Of a stretch of DNA of 64,000 nt, positions 8,269 through 18,679 are shown in pieces. The position numbers and the translations under genes are program-made. The notes under the pieces were generated by a model. That model searched no databases. It saw only the letters and a program-made list of their open reading frames with translations, and was not told where the DNA came from. Position 1 is the stretch's first letter. The number at the start of each line of letters is the position of its first letter. The DNA comes from Clostridia bacterium (GTDB lineage: Bacteria; Bacillota; Clostridia; Christensenellales; UBA1242): NCBI GenBank assembly GCA_017621525.1, contig JAGASX010000021.1, positions 51,566 to 115,565 of the forward strand. Reading direction: 5' to 3'.

Positions 8269-10266
8269 TTAACTGATTGTGCTTCCGTCTTGGGCGTCGC
8301 GGTCTATTGTAAGAAGTGAAAGGTTGCCAATTTCATCTTCTGCGCAAAGTATCATACCCTCGCTGACAAGCCCTTTCATCTCGCGTTTTGGCAGGTTTGT
8401 AACAACAACAACCTTTTTGCCAACCATTTCTTCTGGCGAGTAGGCTTTTGCAATTCCGCTTAACACAGAAATTGTTTTTGTGCCAATTTTGATTGTAGAG
8501 TGCAAAAGTTTTGATTTTGGCACGCCCTCGCAGGCAATCACCTCGCCCACTTTAAGTTGAATTTTTGCAAAGTCGTCAATTGTGATTGGCTGTACCTCTT
8601 TAAATTCAATTGGCTGTGCGTTTTCAAGTTTTTGTTTTGCAACAATTTGGTCTATTGTAGGTTTTATATCTTCCATTCTTATTCTATTGAAAAGAATTTG
8701 TGGATTTTGTGTAACTTTATATTCATTTAACAAGCCAAATTTATCAAGGTCATCATACTTGCGAGGTTGTACGCCAAGTTCTGCCATGATTTTTGTTGCT
8801 GTTTCTGGCATAAATGGTGAAAGCAAGTTTGCCCCAATATTGATTGCTTCAAGCATATTGAAAAGAACAGTTGAAAGTCTTTCGCGTTTTGACGCATCTT
8901 TATTCAAGTTCCAAGGTTCAGTTGCGTCAACATATTTATTTACTTGGCGGAAAAGCATCCAAAGTTCTTCCATTGCGTCTGCAATTTTGTATTCATCAAC
9001 CTTTTTAAATACCTTATCACGAATTGATGTGATGATTGTTTTAAATTCCTTATCAACCTCATCTTCAACGCCATAATTTTTTATCTGTCCGCCAAAGTAT
9101 TGATTGCTCATGCCAAGTGTGCGTTTTACAAGGTTGCCAAGCACGTTTGCAAGGTCTGCATTGTTTTTCTCACACAAAAGTTCCCAAGTTATGGTGCCGT
9201 CTGTTGCAAATGGCATTTCTGCAAGTGTGTAGTATCTTACGCTGTCAACACCAAAAATTGATGCAAGGTCATCAGCGTAAAGCACATTGCCCTTGGACTT
9301 GCTCATCTTTTCGCCACCCTGCAACAGCCATGGGTGCCCCAAAATTTGTTTTGGCAGAGGCTGTCCCATTGCCATAAGGAAGATTGGCCAATATATGATA
9401 TGAAACCTTGCAATATCTTTTCCAACAACGTGTACGTCGCATGGCCAGAGTTTTTTGTATTGTTCGGTTGGGTTTTCTGTGTCATAGCCAATGCCTGTGA
9501 TGTAGTTGTTTAAGGCATCAAGCCAAACATATACAACGTGTTTATCGTCAAAGTCAACAGGCACGCCCCACTTAAATGTGCTTCTGCTTACGCAAAGGTC
9601 TTGAAGTTTTGTTTTTAATGTGCCATTTTTAACCGCCAAAAGCAATTCTTCATCGCTTTTGCCAATAAATTCATCGGCAAGCAAGAAATTATTCATCATT
9701 TCATTTTTTCTTGAAACCGGCTGGATAAATTCTGGGTGAGTAAGGATATGTTCCACAAGGGCGTTTGTATATTTGCCCATGTTGAAAAAGTATGCCTCTT
9801 CAACTGCCGGTTTTACCTCTCTTCCGCAATCTGGGCATTTGCCGTCAACAAGTTGGCTTTCAGTCCAAAAACTTTCGCATGGGGTGCAATATAGTCCCTC
9901 ATACTGTCCTTTATAAATGTCGCCCTGTTCATAAAATTTTTTGAATATTTTTTGCACCTGTTTTTCATGGTCTGCGTCGGTTGTACGAATAAATTTATCA
10001 TAAGATATATTCATCAAATCCCAAATGCCCTTTATTGTGCCAGCAACTTCATCAACAAATGCCTTTGGCGACATATTTTTATCAATCGCCTTTTGCTCTA
10101 TTTTTTCACCATGTTCATCTGTACCTGTCATAAAAAACACATCATAGCCCTGCAATCTTTTTGCGCGTGCAATTGCATCTGTCATAATTATTTCATATGT
10201 GTTGCCAATATGTGGCTTGCCTGATGTGTAGGCAATGGCTGTTGTGATATAAAATTTCTCTTTCAT
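8269..10266 (-). CDS. metG: Methionine--tRNA ligase with a C-terminal tRNA-binding (EMAP-like) domain
   Basis: HIGN signature (KPHIGNTYEI), KMSKS motif (KMSKSKGN) and Zn-knuckle cysteines (CTPCE...CPDCG). 665 aa. Confidence 0.96.
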   Translation of the reverse strand: MKEKFYITTAIAYTSGKPHIGNTYEIIMTDAIARAKRLQGYDVFFMTGTDEHGEKIEQKAIDKNMSPKAFVDEVAGTIKGIWDLMNISYDKFIRTTDADHEKQVQKIFKKFYEQGDIYKGQYEGLYCTPCESFWTESQLVDGKCPDCGREVKPAVEEAYFFNMGKYTNALVEHILTHPEFIQPVSRKNEMMNNFLLADEFIGKSDEELLLAVKNGTLKTKLQDLCVSRSTFKWGVPVDFDDKHVVYVWLDALNNYITGIGYDTENPTEQYKKLWPCDVHVVGKDIARFHIIYWPIFLMAMGQPLPKQILGHPWLLQGGEKMSKSKGNVLYADDLASIFGVDSVRYYTLAEMPFATDGTITWELLCEKNNADLANVLGNLVKRTLGMSNQYFGGQIKNYGVEDEVDKEFKTIITSIRDKVFKKVDEYKIADAMEELWMLFRQVNKYVDATEPWNLNKDASKRERLSTVLFNMLEAINIGANLLSPFMPETATKIMAELGVQPRKYDDLDKFGLLNEYKVTQNPQILFNRIRMEDIKPTIDQIVAKQKLENAQPIEFKEVQPITIDDFAKIQLKVGEVIACEGVPKSKLLHSTIKIGTKTISVLSGIAKAYSPEEMVGKKVVVVTNLPKREMKGLVSEGMILCAEDEIGNLSLLTIDRDAQDGSTIS

Positions 10267-10302
10267 TTTTTACCTCTCATTTTGGGTTTTTATTGTAGGT
10301 AA

Positions 10303-10331
10303 ATTGTAACATTATCCGCCCCTGTTGTCAA
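10303..10331 (-). promoter_or_regulatory. Sigma-70-type promoter of metG
   Basis: On the minus strand: TTGACA (10331-10326), 17 nt spacer, TACAAT (10308-10303). The leader is ~35 nt. Confidence 0.6.
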
Positions 10332-10394
10332 GCAAATTGCATTTTCAAAAAAACATAAAAAATATTTAAAAAACATATAATTTTCGCCCTTTTA

Positions 10395-10423
10395 TTGCAA
10401 AATTTGTTTATTTATGATATAAT
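10395..10423 (+). promoter_or_regulatory. Promoter of the MBL-fold gene, positioned for a leaderless transcript
   Basis: TTGCAA (10395-10400), 17 nt spacer, TGaTATAAT (extended -10; TATAAT at 10418-10423). The ATG at 10430 is only 6 nt past the -10 and no SD is present. Confidence 0.55.
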
Positions 10424-10429
10424 TTTTGT

Positions 10430-11212
10430 ATGCGAGTGATAAATCTTGCCTCAGGCAGTGATGGAAATTTAACATATATTGAAAGTGGCGACCAAAAAAT
10501 TCTTTTGGACGTGGGTTTATCATGTGCTGAAACTGTAAAAAGGCTTAACTTGCTTGGCGTTTCCCCCGAGGAAATTTCTGCAATTATCATCACGCATGAG
10601 CATAGCGACCACACCAAAGGGCTTGACGTTTTTTCAGGCAAGTTTAACACCCCTGTTTATGCGCATGAAAGTGTTTGGTTGGGGCTTGATGACAAGTTGA
10701 AAAAGGTTTCCGCCCAAAACCATAAAACCTTTGAGGGCGATTTTGCACTTAATGAACTTCTTATTTGCCCGGTGGAATTGCCACATGATGTGAAATGTTT
10801 TGGGTTCAGTTTTTGCGAAAATGACAAAAAAATGAGTGTAATTACCGACCTTGGGCATATAAATGACAGAATTTTAAATGCCATTAAGGGTAGCAGTTTA
10901 GTATATTTAGAGGCAAATTATGACCGCCAAATGTTGATGTCGGGCACCAAATATCCTCTTTCATTAAAGCGACGCATTGATGGGCCAAACGGGCACCTTT
11001 CCAATGCGGTAAGTGCCGAAGTTGTTGAATTTTTAACAAAAACAGGTACAAAACAAATTATGCTTTCTCATTTAAGTAAGGAAAACAATTCGCCAAACAT
11101 TGCATATACTTCTATATGTCAAGTATTGGGCGAGCATGGAATTATTGAGGGACAAGACATAAAAATTGACGTCGCAAGAGAGTTGCCAACTTCAATTTTT
11201 AGGCTAAAATAA
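10430..11212 (+). CDS. MBL-fold metallo-hydrolase (YycJ/WalJ-like)
   Basis: HEHSDH metal-binding motif (IITHEHSDHTKG). The N-terminus INLASGSDGNLTYI is typical of YycJ-like beta-lactamase-fold proteins. Confidence 0.85.
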   Translation: MRVINLASGSDGNLTYIESGDQKILLDVGLSCAETVKRLNLLGVSPEEISAIIITHEHSDHTKGLDVFSGKFNTPVYAHESVWLGLDDKLKKVSAQNHKTFEGDFALNELLICPVELPHDVKCFGFSFCENDKKMSVITDLGHINDRILNAIKGSSLVYLEANYDRQMLMSGTKYPLSLKRRIDGPNGHLSNAVSAEVVEFLTKTGTKQIMLSHLSKENNSPNIAYTSICQVLGEHGIIEGQDIKIDVARELPTSIFRLK

Positions 11213-11233
11213 TTGAAACTATCATATAAAATA

Positions 11234-11288
11234 AGGTAAAAATATGCAAAAATTATAGAAATAACGCTATTTTTACCTCTTTTTTTTG
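11234..11288 (+). terminator. Putative intrinsic terminator after the MBL-fold gene
   Basis: AAGGTAAAAATA (11234-11245) pairs with TATTTTTACCT (11269-11279). The loop is unusually long at 23 nt, and a T-run follows to 11288. Confidence 0.45.
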
Positions 11289-11297
11289 AATTAAGTA

Positions 11298-11326
11298 TTG
11301 AATTTATTGTATGATTGTGCTAAAAT
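11298..11326 (+). promoter_or_regulatory. Putative promoter of the 661-aa orphan gene
   Basis: TTGAAT (11298-11303), 17 nt spacer, TAAAAT (11321-11326). Confidence 0.45.
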
Positions 11327-11348
11327 ATAGCCAAATATGGAGGGAAAC

Positions 11349-13334
11349 ATGGAAAAACTTTTAAAAGATTTACCAAGCCTTATAAATGTAAGAAATATTG
11401 ATGAATTGTCGCAAATCATCAAAAACCCAGATTCATTCACCATTCGTTTGATGGCAATGAAAAACACATCATCAATTGCAGAAGCGTTTGACAGATATGT
11501 TCCAAACAGAGAGGTAAGTGAATTTGCATCTACTCTTGATATGGAAGATGATTTTTCTGCCTTTGTAGAGAAATTGCAAGAAAGTGGCAACGACCAACTT
11601 GCAGAAGTTGCAACCTTCTATCAAGACAAACTTGGCAAAATTGAAGGTATCAGCGTTGAGGACAAATCTCTTTTTGCCTTTGTTTGGGCGGGTGTAATTT
11701 ATAAATACCTTACCGACAAAACAAACCACCTTGGAATTACAAACATTGACGATATTTTTGAATCTTTACCAGTCTGCGTGGTGCGCGAAATGTCTGAAAT
11801 AAGTGATGACGCAAATGTGCCTGTTGCAGATGTTAAAAAAGAAGTGCTTTCTATTTTTGAAAACACAGGTGTTTATGAAGACGTTAAAGGTTATTTTGCA
11901 ACCGCTTTCATTAAAAACAAAGTTTGGAGCAATGCAAACACTTGGTGCGATTTCAAAACCCTTGAACCTATTAAAGTACAATCTTCACCTGTTGTGATTG
12001 ACAGCAAAGAAAGTTTGCTTTCTGCACTTGCAACACCTACACCAGAAGTTTACCAAAAGGCAATTGACTATGTTGCGTTGACTTATTTTGGAAATGAACA
12101 AAGCAAATTTAATGTTGAAAGACGCGACCTTGTAAACTATAAAGCACACCTTGTTGTTGCACTTCTTTCTTCAAACTTAATGGAAGAAGGAAAAGAGGAA
12201 GAATATACAAACATTGCCCTTAACCTTTGCGCAAAAATTATTGCTTGCAAAGAAAAAATTGAGGCTTCAATTGACAGAAGCAGTATTGCAATTCAACTTA
12301 CAAAAGCATATGAGGCAACTATTCTTCAAATCACAGAAGAGGCAGAAGAAACTGCGTTTGGTATTTTAAAAGAAGCAGTTGTTGGCGATGAGCCAATTGT
12401 TGATGAAACCCTTGACGAAGAAGTTTTGCCAGAAGTGAAAAAAGCACTTTTCAAAGTTGGCGACAGAAAGGCGTACATCAATGGCTATTTAAAATTGTTT
12501 GGCAATTTGATTGATGTTAAACTTGCATATTTTGAGGACCAACTTAAAACCCTTAATGGAATAGCAAACAGAAGAGCATACTCTGCAGACTGCGAAAAAC
12601 TTGTGGAAGAAATTGCAAGCGGAGCAAACGCGACTTTAAAAACAAAAGAAGAAGAGCCTGTAAATCTTACAAGACTTCACGCAAATGCAGAAATTGTATT
12701 CAACGCTGTTAAGGCAGAGCACGGCAAATTCAGCACCATTGGAAGAGTTTTTGCAAAAGTTAAGGCAAAGAAAAAGGATAGTTTAGATGTAACCGACCTT
12801 GACTTTGATTATAAAGTTCTGCAAAGAACTGCTTTCATTGTTGAAGATAAACACAAGGAAGTTATTAAAGAATTTTATGGCGTTGTTAAAAGCGACCCTG
12901 CCCTTCTTAAAAACTTTGGGCAATATCGTCTGCTTTCAAACCCAATGAAGATTTCTATGATGAGAGATAGAGCATCTGCATACCCAACAATCAATGATAT
13001 GCTTGCACTTATCGCAGACCCAAGCACAATTGCTGTACAAAGGGTAGTTGATGAACTTTATATCAATGATGACACATCTGTAAATGAAAAATACGAAGAA
13101 CTTTACAGAGCAATCATGGACAAAAAAGCAACCATCACCGAAAAGAAATTTGCTTTAACGCAAGCACTTAAACATGGCGAAATAACCCAAGAACAACAAG
13201 AAGTGATTGAAGCACACATTGAAGAAGTTGAAGCGAAATTGGCAAAGAGAAAAGCGTCAAAAGGCGATGACAAACAAATTACATTATTTGATTATATCGA
13301 CAATCATGATGACGATGAAAATGAAAATCAATAA
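11349..13334 (+). CDS. Hypothetical acidic, predicted helical cytoplasmic protein (661 aa) with no recognisable motif
   Basis: Long clean ORF. The start is chosen at the second ATG (11349), which sits 4 nt after GGAGGG (11339-11344). There is no TM segment or signal peptide. It has a Glu/Asp/Lys-rich C-terminal tail (DYIDNHDDDENENQ). Confidence 0.7.
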   Translation: MEKLLKDLPSLINVRNIDELSQIIKNPDSFTIRLMAMKNTSSIAEAFDRYVPNREVSEFASTLDMEDDFSAFVEKLQESGNDQLAEVATFYQDKLGKIEGISVEDKSLFAFVWAGVIYKYLTDKTNHLGITNIDDIFESLPVCVVREMSEISDDANVPVADVKKEVLSIFENTGVYEDVKGYFATAFIKNKVWSNANTWCDFKTLEPIKVQSSPVVIDSKESLLSALATPTPEVYQKAIDYVALTYFGNEQSKFNVERRDLVNYKAHLVVALLSSNLMEEGKEEEYTNIALNLCAKIIACKEKIEASIDRSSIAIQLTKAYEATILQITEEAEETAFGILKEAVVGDEPIVDETLDEEVLPEVKKALFKVGDRKAYINGYLKLFGNLIDVKLAYFEDQLKTLNGIANRRAYSADCEKLVEEIASGANATLKTKEEEPVNLTRLHANAEIVFNAVKAEHGKFSTIGRVFAKVKAKKKDSLDVTDLDFDYKVLQRTAFIVEDKHKEVIKEFYGVVKSDPALLKNFGQYRLLSNPMKISMMRDRASAYPTINDMLALIADPSTIAVQRVVDELYINDDTSVNEKYEELYRAIMDKKATITEKKFALTQALKHGEITQEQQEVIEAHIEEVEAKLAKRKASKGDDKQITLFDYIDNHDDDENENQ

Positions 13335-13336
13335 TT

Positions 13337-13367
13337 AAAAAAGATTGCAAAATTGCAATCTTTTTTT
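13337..13367. terminator. Bidirectional intrinsic terminator between the orphan gene and uvrA
   Basis: AGATTGC (13342-13348) pairs with GCAATCT (13355-13361). An A-run precedes it and a T-run (13361-13367) follows. Confidence 0.75.
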
Positions 13368-13380
13368 GTTGTTTATAAAA

Positions 13381-16209
13381 TTACAGCATTTTTTTAAGAT
13401 ATTTTCCAGTGTAACTTCTTGGGCAGTTTACAACCTGTTCTGGCGTGCCCTCGGCGACAATTTCACCACCGCGATAACCACCTTCTGGGCCAAGGTCTAT
13501 TATATGGTCTGCCGATTTGATTACGTCAAGGTTATGTTCAATCACAACAACGGTGTTGCCATTTTCAACAAGTCTGTTTAATATTGCAATAAGTTTTTTC
13601 ACGTCGAATGAGTGAAGTCCTGTTGTAGGCTCATCAAGCAGATAAATTGTTTTACCTGTGGATTTGCGTGAAAGTTCTGTTGCAAGTTTAACCCGTTGTG
13701 CCTCACCGCCTGAAAGGGTTGTTGCCGGCTGACCAAGTTTTATATAATCAAGCCCCACATCATGAAGTGCTTGTACCTTGTTTTTGATTGATGGGATATT
13801 TTCAAAAAATTTAAGAGCCTCTTCAACTGTCATATCAAGCACTTCGGCAATGGTTTTGCCTTTATATCGCACCTCCAAAGTTTCTCGATTATAACGACTG
13901 CCCTTGCACGCCTCGCATGGAACGGATATGTCTGGCAGGAAATACATTTCAATTTCCTTAACGCCAGCGCCCTCGCAGGCATCGCATCTGCCACCCTTCA
14001 CATTAAAGGAAAATCTGCCCGCGCCATAACCTTTTGCTTTTGCATCTGGCGTGCTTGCAAAAAGGTCGCGAATATATGAAAACATACCCACATAGGTCGC
14101 AGGGTTGGAGCGTGGTGTTCTGCCAATTGGCGACTGGTCGATGTTGATGACTTTATCAAGTTTATCTATGTTTTCTATGCTGTCAAAATCGCCTGTTTCT
14201 ATTCTGCTGTTGTTTAGTTTATTTGAAAGTTCTGGATATACAATTTCATTAAGAAGTGAGGATTTACCACTTCCAGAAACGCCGGTTATACAAGTGAAAA
14301 CGCCCAATGGAAATTTGACATTAAGGTTTTTAAGGTTGTTTTCCCTTGCTCCTTTCACTTCGATATAATTTTCTGCTTTTCTGCGCGTTTTTGGGACTTC
14401 AATTTTTTCATCGCCTCTTAAAAATTGGGCGGTTATGGAATTGGAATTTTTGATAATCTCTTCCACACTTCCATTACCCACAATTTCACCGCCATGCACG
14501 CCTGCGAATGGTCCCACGTCAACAAGCCAATCTGCCGTGCGAATAGTGTCTTCATCATGTTCTACCACAATAAGTGTATTGCCAAGGTCGCGAAGATGTT
14601 GAAGGGTTTTTATAAGCCTATCGTTATCTCGTTGGTGAATCCCGATTGAAGGCTCGTCCAAAATATACAAAACGCCAGAAAGCCCACTTCCTATTTGTGT
14701 TGCAAGGCGTATTCGTTGTGCCTCACCGCCAGAAAGAGTTTCTGCCGAGCGAGAGAGTGAAAGGTAATCCAGCCCAACATCAATTAAAAATTGAAGTCTT
14801 GCTTTAATTTCCTTTAAAATGCTTTTTGCAATTTCTTCCTTTTCCTCTGAAAGTGATATGTCGTCAAAAAATGATATAAGTTCGCCAACTGGTTGCTGGC
14901 AAATTTCTGCAATATTTTTACCCTTTATTTTTATTGAAAGTGCACTTTCGTTAAGTCTTTGTCCATGGCAGGTTGGGCAGGTTATTTGATTTACAAATTT
15001 GCCAATTTCAAAACGCACAAATTCGCTTTTTGCCTCGGCAAGACGCCTTTTTAAATTATTGATTATCCCCTCAAAAGACAATGCTTTTTTGCCATTAAAG
15101 TGTTCAAGTGTTTTATTTCTTTTTTCATCTTCATAAACATCAAGTTTTTCGCCATTATTGCCATAAAACAAAATATCAAGTGCCTTGCGAGGAAGTTTAT
15201 TAACCGGTTTATCAAGGTCTATCTTATATTTTTTTGCAACAGCGGTAAGATATCTTTCGGCAAGACCTCCATTATCCATACGCCAGCCTGTTGCATTGAA
15301 AGCACCATCGCGTATACTTTTATCGCCATCACGCAAAATAAGTGCCTCGTCAATATCGTTGTATGTGCCAAGTCCCGAGCACGTTGGGCAGGCACCAAAT
15401 GGTGCATTGAATGAAAAGAGGCGGGGCGTAACCTCTTCAAGCGTCCAGCCACAATTTGGGCAGGCATAATTTGTGCTGAAAAGGTGCTCTTCCCCTTCAC
15501 ATTCCATAGTTACAAGTCCGTCGGCAAGTTTTACAGCCGTTTCTACGCTGTCAGTAAGGCGGGCGGTAACATTTTCTTTTATTGCAATTCTGTCTACAAC
15601 AACGCTGATAGTATGTTTTATATTTTTATCAAGGTTGATTTCTTCATCAAGGTTATACAAACTGCCGTCAACCATAACACGCACAAAACCAGACTTTTTA
15701 TACCCCTCAAACGCCTTTACAAAAGCACCTTTTTGCCCGCGAATGACTGGCGCAGAAATGGTGATTTTACTGCCAATAGGAAGTTTTAAAATTTCATCTA
15801 CAATTTGGTCAACCGTTTGTTTTTCAATTGGTTTGTTGCAATGAGGGCAAAAAGGTACGCCCACCCTTGCAAAAAGCAGTCGCAAATAGTCATAACTTTC
15901 TGTAACCGTGCCAACGGTTGAGCGTGGGTTGTGGTTTGTTGATTTTTGATCTATGGAAATTGCAGGGCTTAATCCGTCAATAGATTCCACATCTGGCTTT
16001 TGAGCCTGCCCCAAAAACATACGTGCGTATGATGACAAACTTTCTATATAACGTCTTTGTCCCTCAGCAAAAATCGTGCCAAAGGCAAGGCTGGATTTGC
16101 CTGAACCGCTGACACCGGTGAACACAATAAGTTTGTTTTTGGGAAGGGTTAAATCAACATTTTTAAGGTTGTTTTCCTTTGCCCCTTTTATTATAATTTC
16201 ATTTTGCAT
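13381..16209 (-). CDS. uvrA: Excinuclease ABC subunit A
   Basis: 942 aa with two ABC ATPase modules (GVSGSGKSSL twice, LSGGEAQR twice) and Zn-finger cysteines (CPHC, CPNCG, CPTCHG). Confidence 0.97.
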   Translation of the reverse strand: MQNEIIIKGAKENNLKNVDLTLPKNKLIVFTGVSGSGKSSLAFGTIFAEGQRRYIESLSSYARMFLGQAQKPDVESIDGLSPAISIDQKSTNHNPRSTVGTVTESYDYLRLLFARVGVPFCPHCNKPIEKQTVDQIVDEILKLPIGSKITISAPVIRGQKGAFVKAFEGYKKSGFVRVMVDGSLYNLDEEINLDKNIKHTISVVVDRIAIKENVTARLTDSVETAVKLADGLVTMECEGEEHLFSTNYACPNCGWTLEEVTPRLFSFNAPFGACPTCSGLGTYNDIDEALILRDGDKSIRDGAFNATGWRMDNGGLAERYLTAVAKKYKIDLDKPVNKLPRKALDILFYGNNGEKLDVYEDEKRNKTLEHFNGKKALSFEGIINNLKRRLAEAKSEFVRFEIGKFVNQITCPTCHGQRLNESALSIKIKGKNIAEICQQPVGELISFFDDISLSEEKEEIAKSILKEIKARLQFLIDVGLDYLSLSRSAETLSGGEAQRIRLATQIGSGLSGVLYILDEPSIGIHQRDNDRLIKTLQHLRDLGNTLIVVEHDEDTIRTADWLVDVGPFAGVHGGEIVGNGSVEEIIKNSNSITAQFLRGDEKIEVPKTRRKAENYIEVKGARENNLKNLNVKFPLGVFTCITGVSGSGKSSLLNEIVYPELSNKLNNSRIETGDFDSIENIDKLDKVINIDQSPIGRTPRSNPATYVGMFSYIRDLFASTPDAKAKGYGAGRFSFNVKGGRCDACEGAGVKEIEMYFLPDISVPCEACKGSRYNRETLEVRYKGKTIAEVLDMTVEEALKFFENIPSIKNKVQALHDVGLDYIKLGQPATTLSGGEAQRVKLATELSRKSTGKTIYLLDEPTTGLHSFDVKKLIAILNRLVENGNTVVVIEHNLDVIKSADHIIDLGPEGGYRGGEIVAEGTPEQVVNCPRSYTGKYLKKML

Positions 16210-16220
16210 AACATTCTCTT

Positions 16221-18176
16221 TTATCTTTTTTGATTTAATTGTTTTTTAAGTTTGTGAATTTGCTCTCGAAGTTCAATGGCCCTTTCAAAGTCAAGCGAAC
16301 CCGACGCAACTTTCATCATTGCGGTAAGTCTTTCTATTTCCGCAGGGATTTCCTCTTTTTTGAGTTTGGTTTTTGAAAGTTTTTTGGTGATTTCAAGGCT
16401 GTTTTTAATTTCCTTTATAATCGTTTTTGGAGTGATTCCATGTTTTTTGTTATATTCTTCCTGCAATTTTCTGCGGGCATTTGTTTTATCTATTGCCCTT
16501 TGCATAGAATCTGTGATAACATCGGCAAACATAATCACTCTGCCATTTGCATTTCTGGCGGCACGGCCTATTGTTTGAATAAGTGCGCCCTCGCTTCGCA
16601 AAAAGCCCTCTTTATCTGCATCGAGAATACAAACAAGTTCCACCTCTGGCATATCAAGTCCCTCTCGCAAAAGGTTTATGCCCACAAGAACATCAAACTC
16701 TCCTCCACGCAGTCCGTTTACAATTTCCACCCTTTCCATAGTGTCAATTTCAGAATGCATATATTTCGCTTTAAAATTATGTTCTTGCAAATAAGTGGTA
16801 AGGCTTTCCGCCATTTTTTTTGTAAGTGTTGTAACAAGTACGCGTGCGCCTCGATTGATTGTTTTTGTGATTTCCACCATCAACTCTTCCACCTGATTTT
16901 TGATTGGTTTTATTTCAATCTGCGGGTCAAGTAGTCCGGTTGGGCGTATCACCTGCTGGGCGACGTTGTCTGCCCTTTCCATTTCATAAGGGGCAGGAGT
17001 TGCCGAAACATAAAGGGTTTGCCCCAAGCGTTGATTAAATTCTTCAAAAGTAAGTGGGCGGTTATCGCGGGCGGCGTCAAGGCGAAAACCAAATTCAACA
17101 AGTGATTGTTTGCGTGCCTTATCGCCATTGTACATTGCACGTATTTGTGGCAATGTCATATGGCTTTCATCAATAATCGTTAAAAAATCCTTTGGAAAAT
17201 AATCGAGAAGTGTATATGGTGCCTCGCCCGGCAATCTGCCGTCAAAATATCTTGAATAGTTTTCAATTCCACTGCAATAGCCAACTTCCCTCATCATTTC
17301 CATATCATAGGCAACGCGTTGCCCGATACGCTCTGCCTCTATAAGTTTCCCCTGTCCTTCAAAATCTTTTATGGCAAGGGCTCTATCTATTTCAATTTGG
17401 GCAAGTGCAGTTTCCATTCTTTCTCTGCCAACAGCATAATGGGTTGCAGGGTAAATAGCAACATGGGCAAGTTGATTTATAAGATTGCCGGTTAAAGGGT
17501 CAAAATTATATATTTTTTCAATTTCATCGCCGAAAAATTGAATTTTTATCGCCATTTCAGATTGGTTTGACGGAAAAATATCCAAAGTATCACCTTTTAC
17601 GCGAAAGGTAGAGCGTTTGAAATCTATATCATTTCTTGTGTATTGAATATCTATCAGGCGTGAAATTATATCATCGCGGTCGACAAAATCGCCCTCGCGA
17701 AGAGAAATGTGCAGATTGTAATATTCATTTGGGTTGCCAAGACCATAAATGCATGAAACTGATGCCACAATGATAACATCATCTCTTTCCAAAATTGAAG
17801 ATGTGGCACTTGCACGAAGTTTATCTATCTCCTCATTTATTGCCATATCCTTTTCGATATATGTATCAGAGGAAACAATGTAAGCCTCGGGTTGGTAGTA
17901 GTCATAATAAGAAACAAAGTATTCAACGCGGTTGTGTGGAAAAAATTCCTTAAATTCATTGCACAGTTGGGCAGCCAAGGTTTTATTGTGGGCAATCACC
18001 AAAGTTGGTTTGCCCATTTTTTGAATTATGTTTGCCATGGTGAAAGTTTTTCCACTTCCCGTTACGCCCAAAAGCACCTGCTCTTTAAGCCCATCACAAA
18101 ATCCATCAGTCAACTTTTCAATTGCCTGTGGTTGGTCGCCAGCCGGTGGATATTTTGTAACCAGATTAAAAGCCAT
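16221..18176 (-). CDS. uvrB: Excinuclease ABC subunit B
   Basis: GDQPQAI and GVTGSGKT helicase motifs, and a C-terminal UVR domain ([12 protein letters not shown]). The start is set at ATG 18176 ([16 protein letters not shown]), which is preceded by AAAGGAGAG. The track start at 18209 looks like an extension. Confidence 0.96.
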   Translation of the reverse strand: MAFNLVTKYPPAGDQPQAIEKLTDGFCDGLKEQVLLGVTGSGKTFTMANIIQKMGKPTLVIAHNKTLAAQLCNEFKEFFPHNRVEYFVSYYDYYQPEAYIVSSDTYIEKDMAINEEIDKLRASATSSILERDDVIIVASVSCIYGLGNPNEYYNLHISLREGDFVDRDDIISRLIDIQYTRNDIDFKRSTFRVKGDTLDIFPSNQSEMAIKIQFFGDEIEKIYNFDPLTGNLINQLAHVAIYPATHYAVGRERMETALAQIEIDRALAIKDFEGQGKLIEAERIGQRVAYDMEMMREVGYCSGIENYSRYFDGRLPGEAPYTLLDYFPKDFLTIIDESHMTLPQIRAMYNGDKARKQSLVEFGFRLDAARDNRPLTFEEFNQRLGQTLYVSATPAPYEMERADNVAQQVIRPTGLLDPQIEIKPIKNQVEELMVEITKTINRGARVLVTTLTKKMAESLTTYLQEHNFKAKYMHSEIDTMERVEIVNGLRGGEFDVLVGINLLREGLDMPEVELVCILDADKEGFLRSEGALIQTIGRAARNANGRVIMFADVITDSMQRAIDKTNARRKLQEEYNKKHGITPKTIIKEIKNSLEITKKLSKTKLKKEEIPAEIERLTAMMKVASGSLDFERAIELREQIHKLKKQLNQKR

Positions 18177-18236
18177 AACTCTCCTTTTTGTACACCTATT
18201 ATAGCCCACTTACCTTAAAAATGAAAGTTTTTTTTG

Positions 18237-18617
18237 TTATTTTTGAAAAATCGCCTTTAAAATTACACCAAACACAAAACTGACTGAGGCGAGAAACATA
18301 CTGCGAAGTACCAAAAGCAAAAGCGCTTTTTTTTGCTTTTTTGAGTCTGTTAGGTATGTTTGCCCCTTTTTTTTAAGTTTTACGCAGTAATAATAGCCAT
18401 TTCGGGAGTCGCTTACAACAAAATCTATATAGTTTTGCAGAGAAAGTGATGCCATAATTTCATCTATTTCGCTGACTGAAAGCACAACCTTTTTGCACAC
18501 CTCTTTTGCAATATCGTGTGGAGAAATTAGGTGGGCGGTTTTACCTGTGCACACCTTGCATAAATATATTAAAACATATTTCTCCTTGCGCTCTTGCATC
18601 AATATGTTTATTGACAT
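18237..18617 (-). CDS. Small membrane-tethered wHTH-like protein (paralog A)
   Basis: 126 aa. The N-terminal ~85 aa is wHTH-like (…ISPHDIAKEV…SVSEIDEIMASLSLQNYIDFVV…GYYYCVKLKKKGQTYL), followed by a basic linker and a C-terminal TM (ALLLLVLRSMFLASVSFVFGVIL). It aligns with the product of 18680..19054. Confidence 0.6.
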   Translation of the reverse strand: MSINILMQERKEKYVLIYLCKVCTGKTAHLISPHDIAKEVCKKVVLSVSEIDEIMASLSLQNYIDFVVSDSRNGYYYCVKLKKKGQTYLTDSKKQKKALLLLVLRSMFLASVSFVFGVILKAIFQK

Positions 18618-18630
18618 ATTTTAGTGGGAA

Positions 18631-18650
18631 TTATACCCCAAAAGGTATAA
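18631..18650. promoter_or_regulatory. Perfect 7-bp inverted repeat in the divergent intergenic region (candidate operator)
   Basis: TTATACC (18631-18637), N6 spacer, GGTATAA (18644-18650). It overlaps a minus-strand TATAAT (18635-18630) located 12 nt upstream of the paralog-A ATG. Confidence 0.45.
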
Positions 18651-18679
18651 GAGGGGTTTTATATGATAAATATTATTTA

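Noticed and set aside
10267-10429. Possible T-box leader upstream of metG
   Set aside because: The predicted promoter leaves only a ~35-nt leader. I found no T-box sequence, specifier hairpin or terminator/antiterminator pair in the 163-bp spacer.
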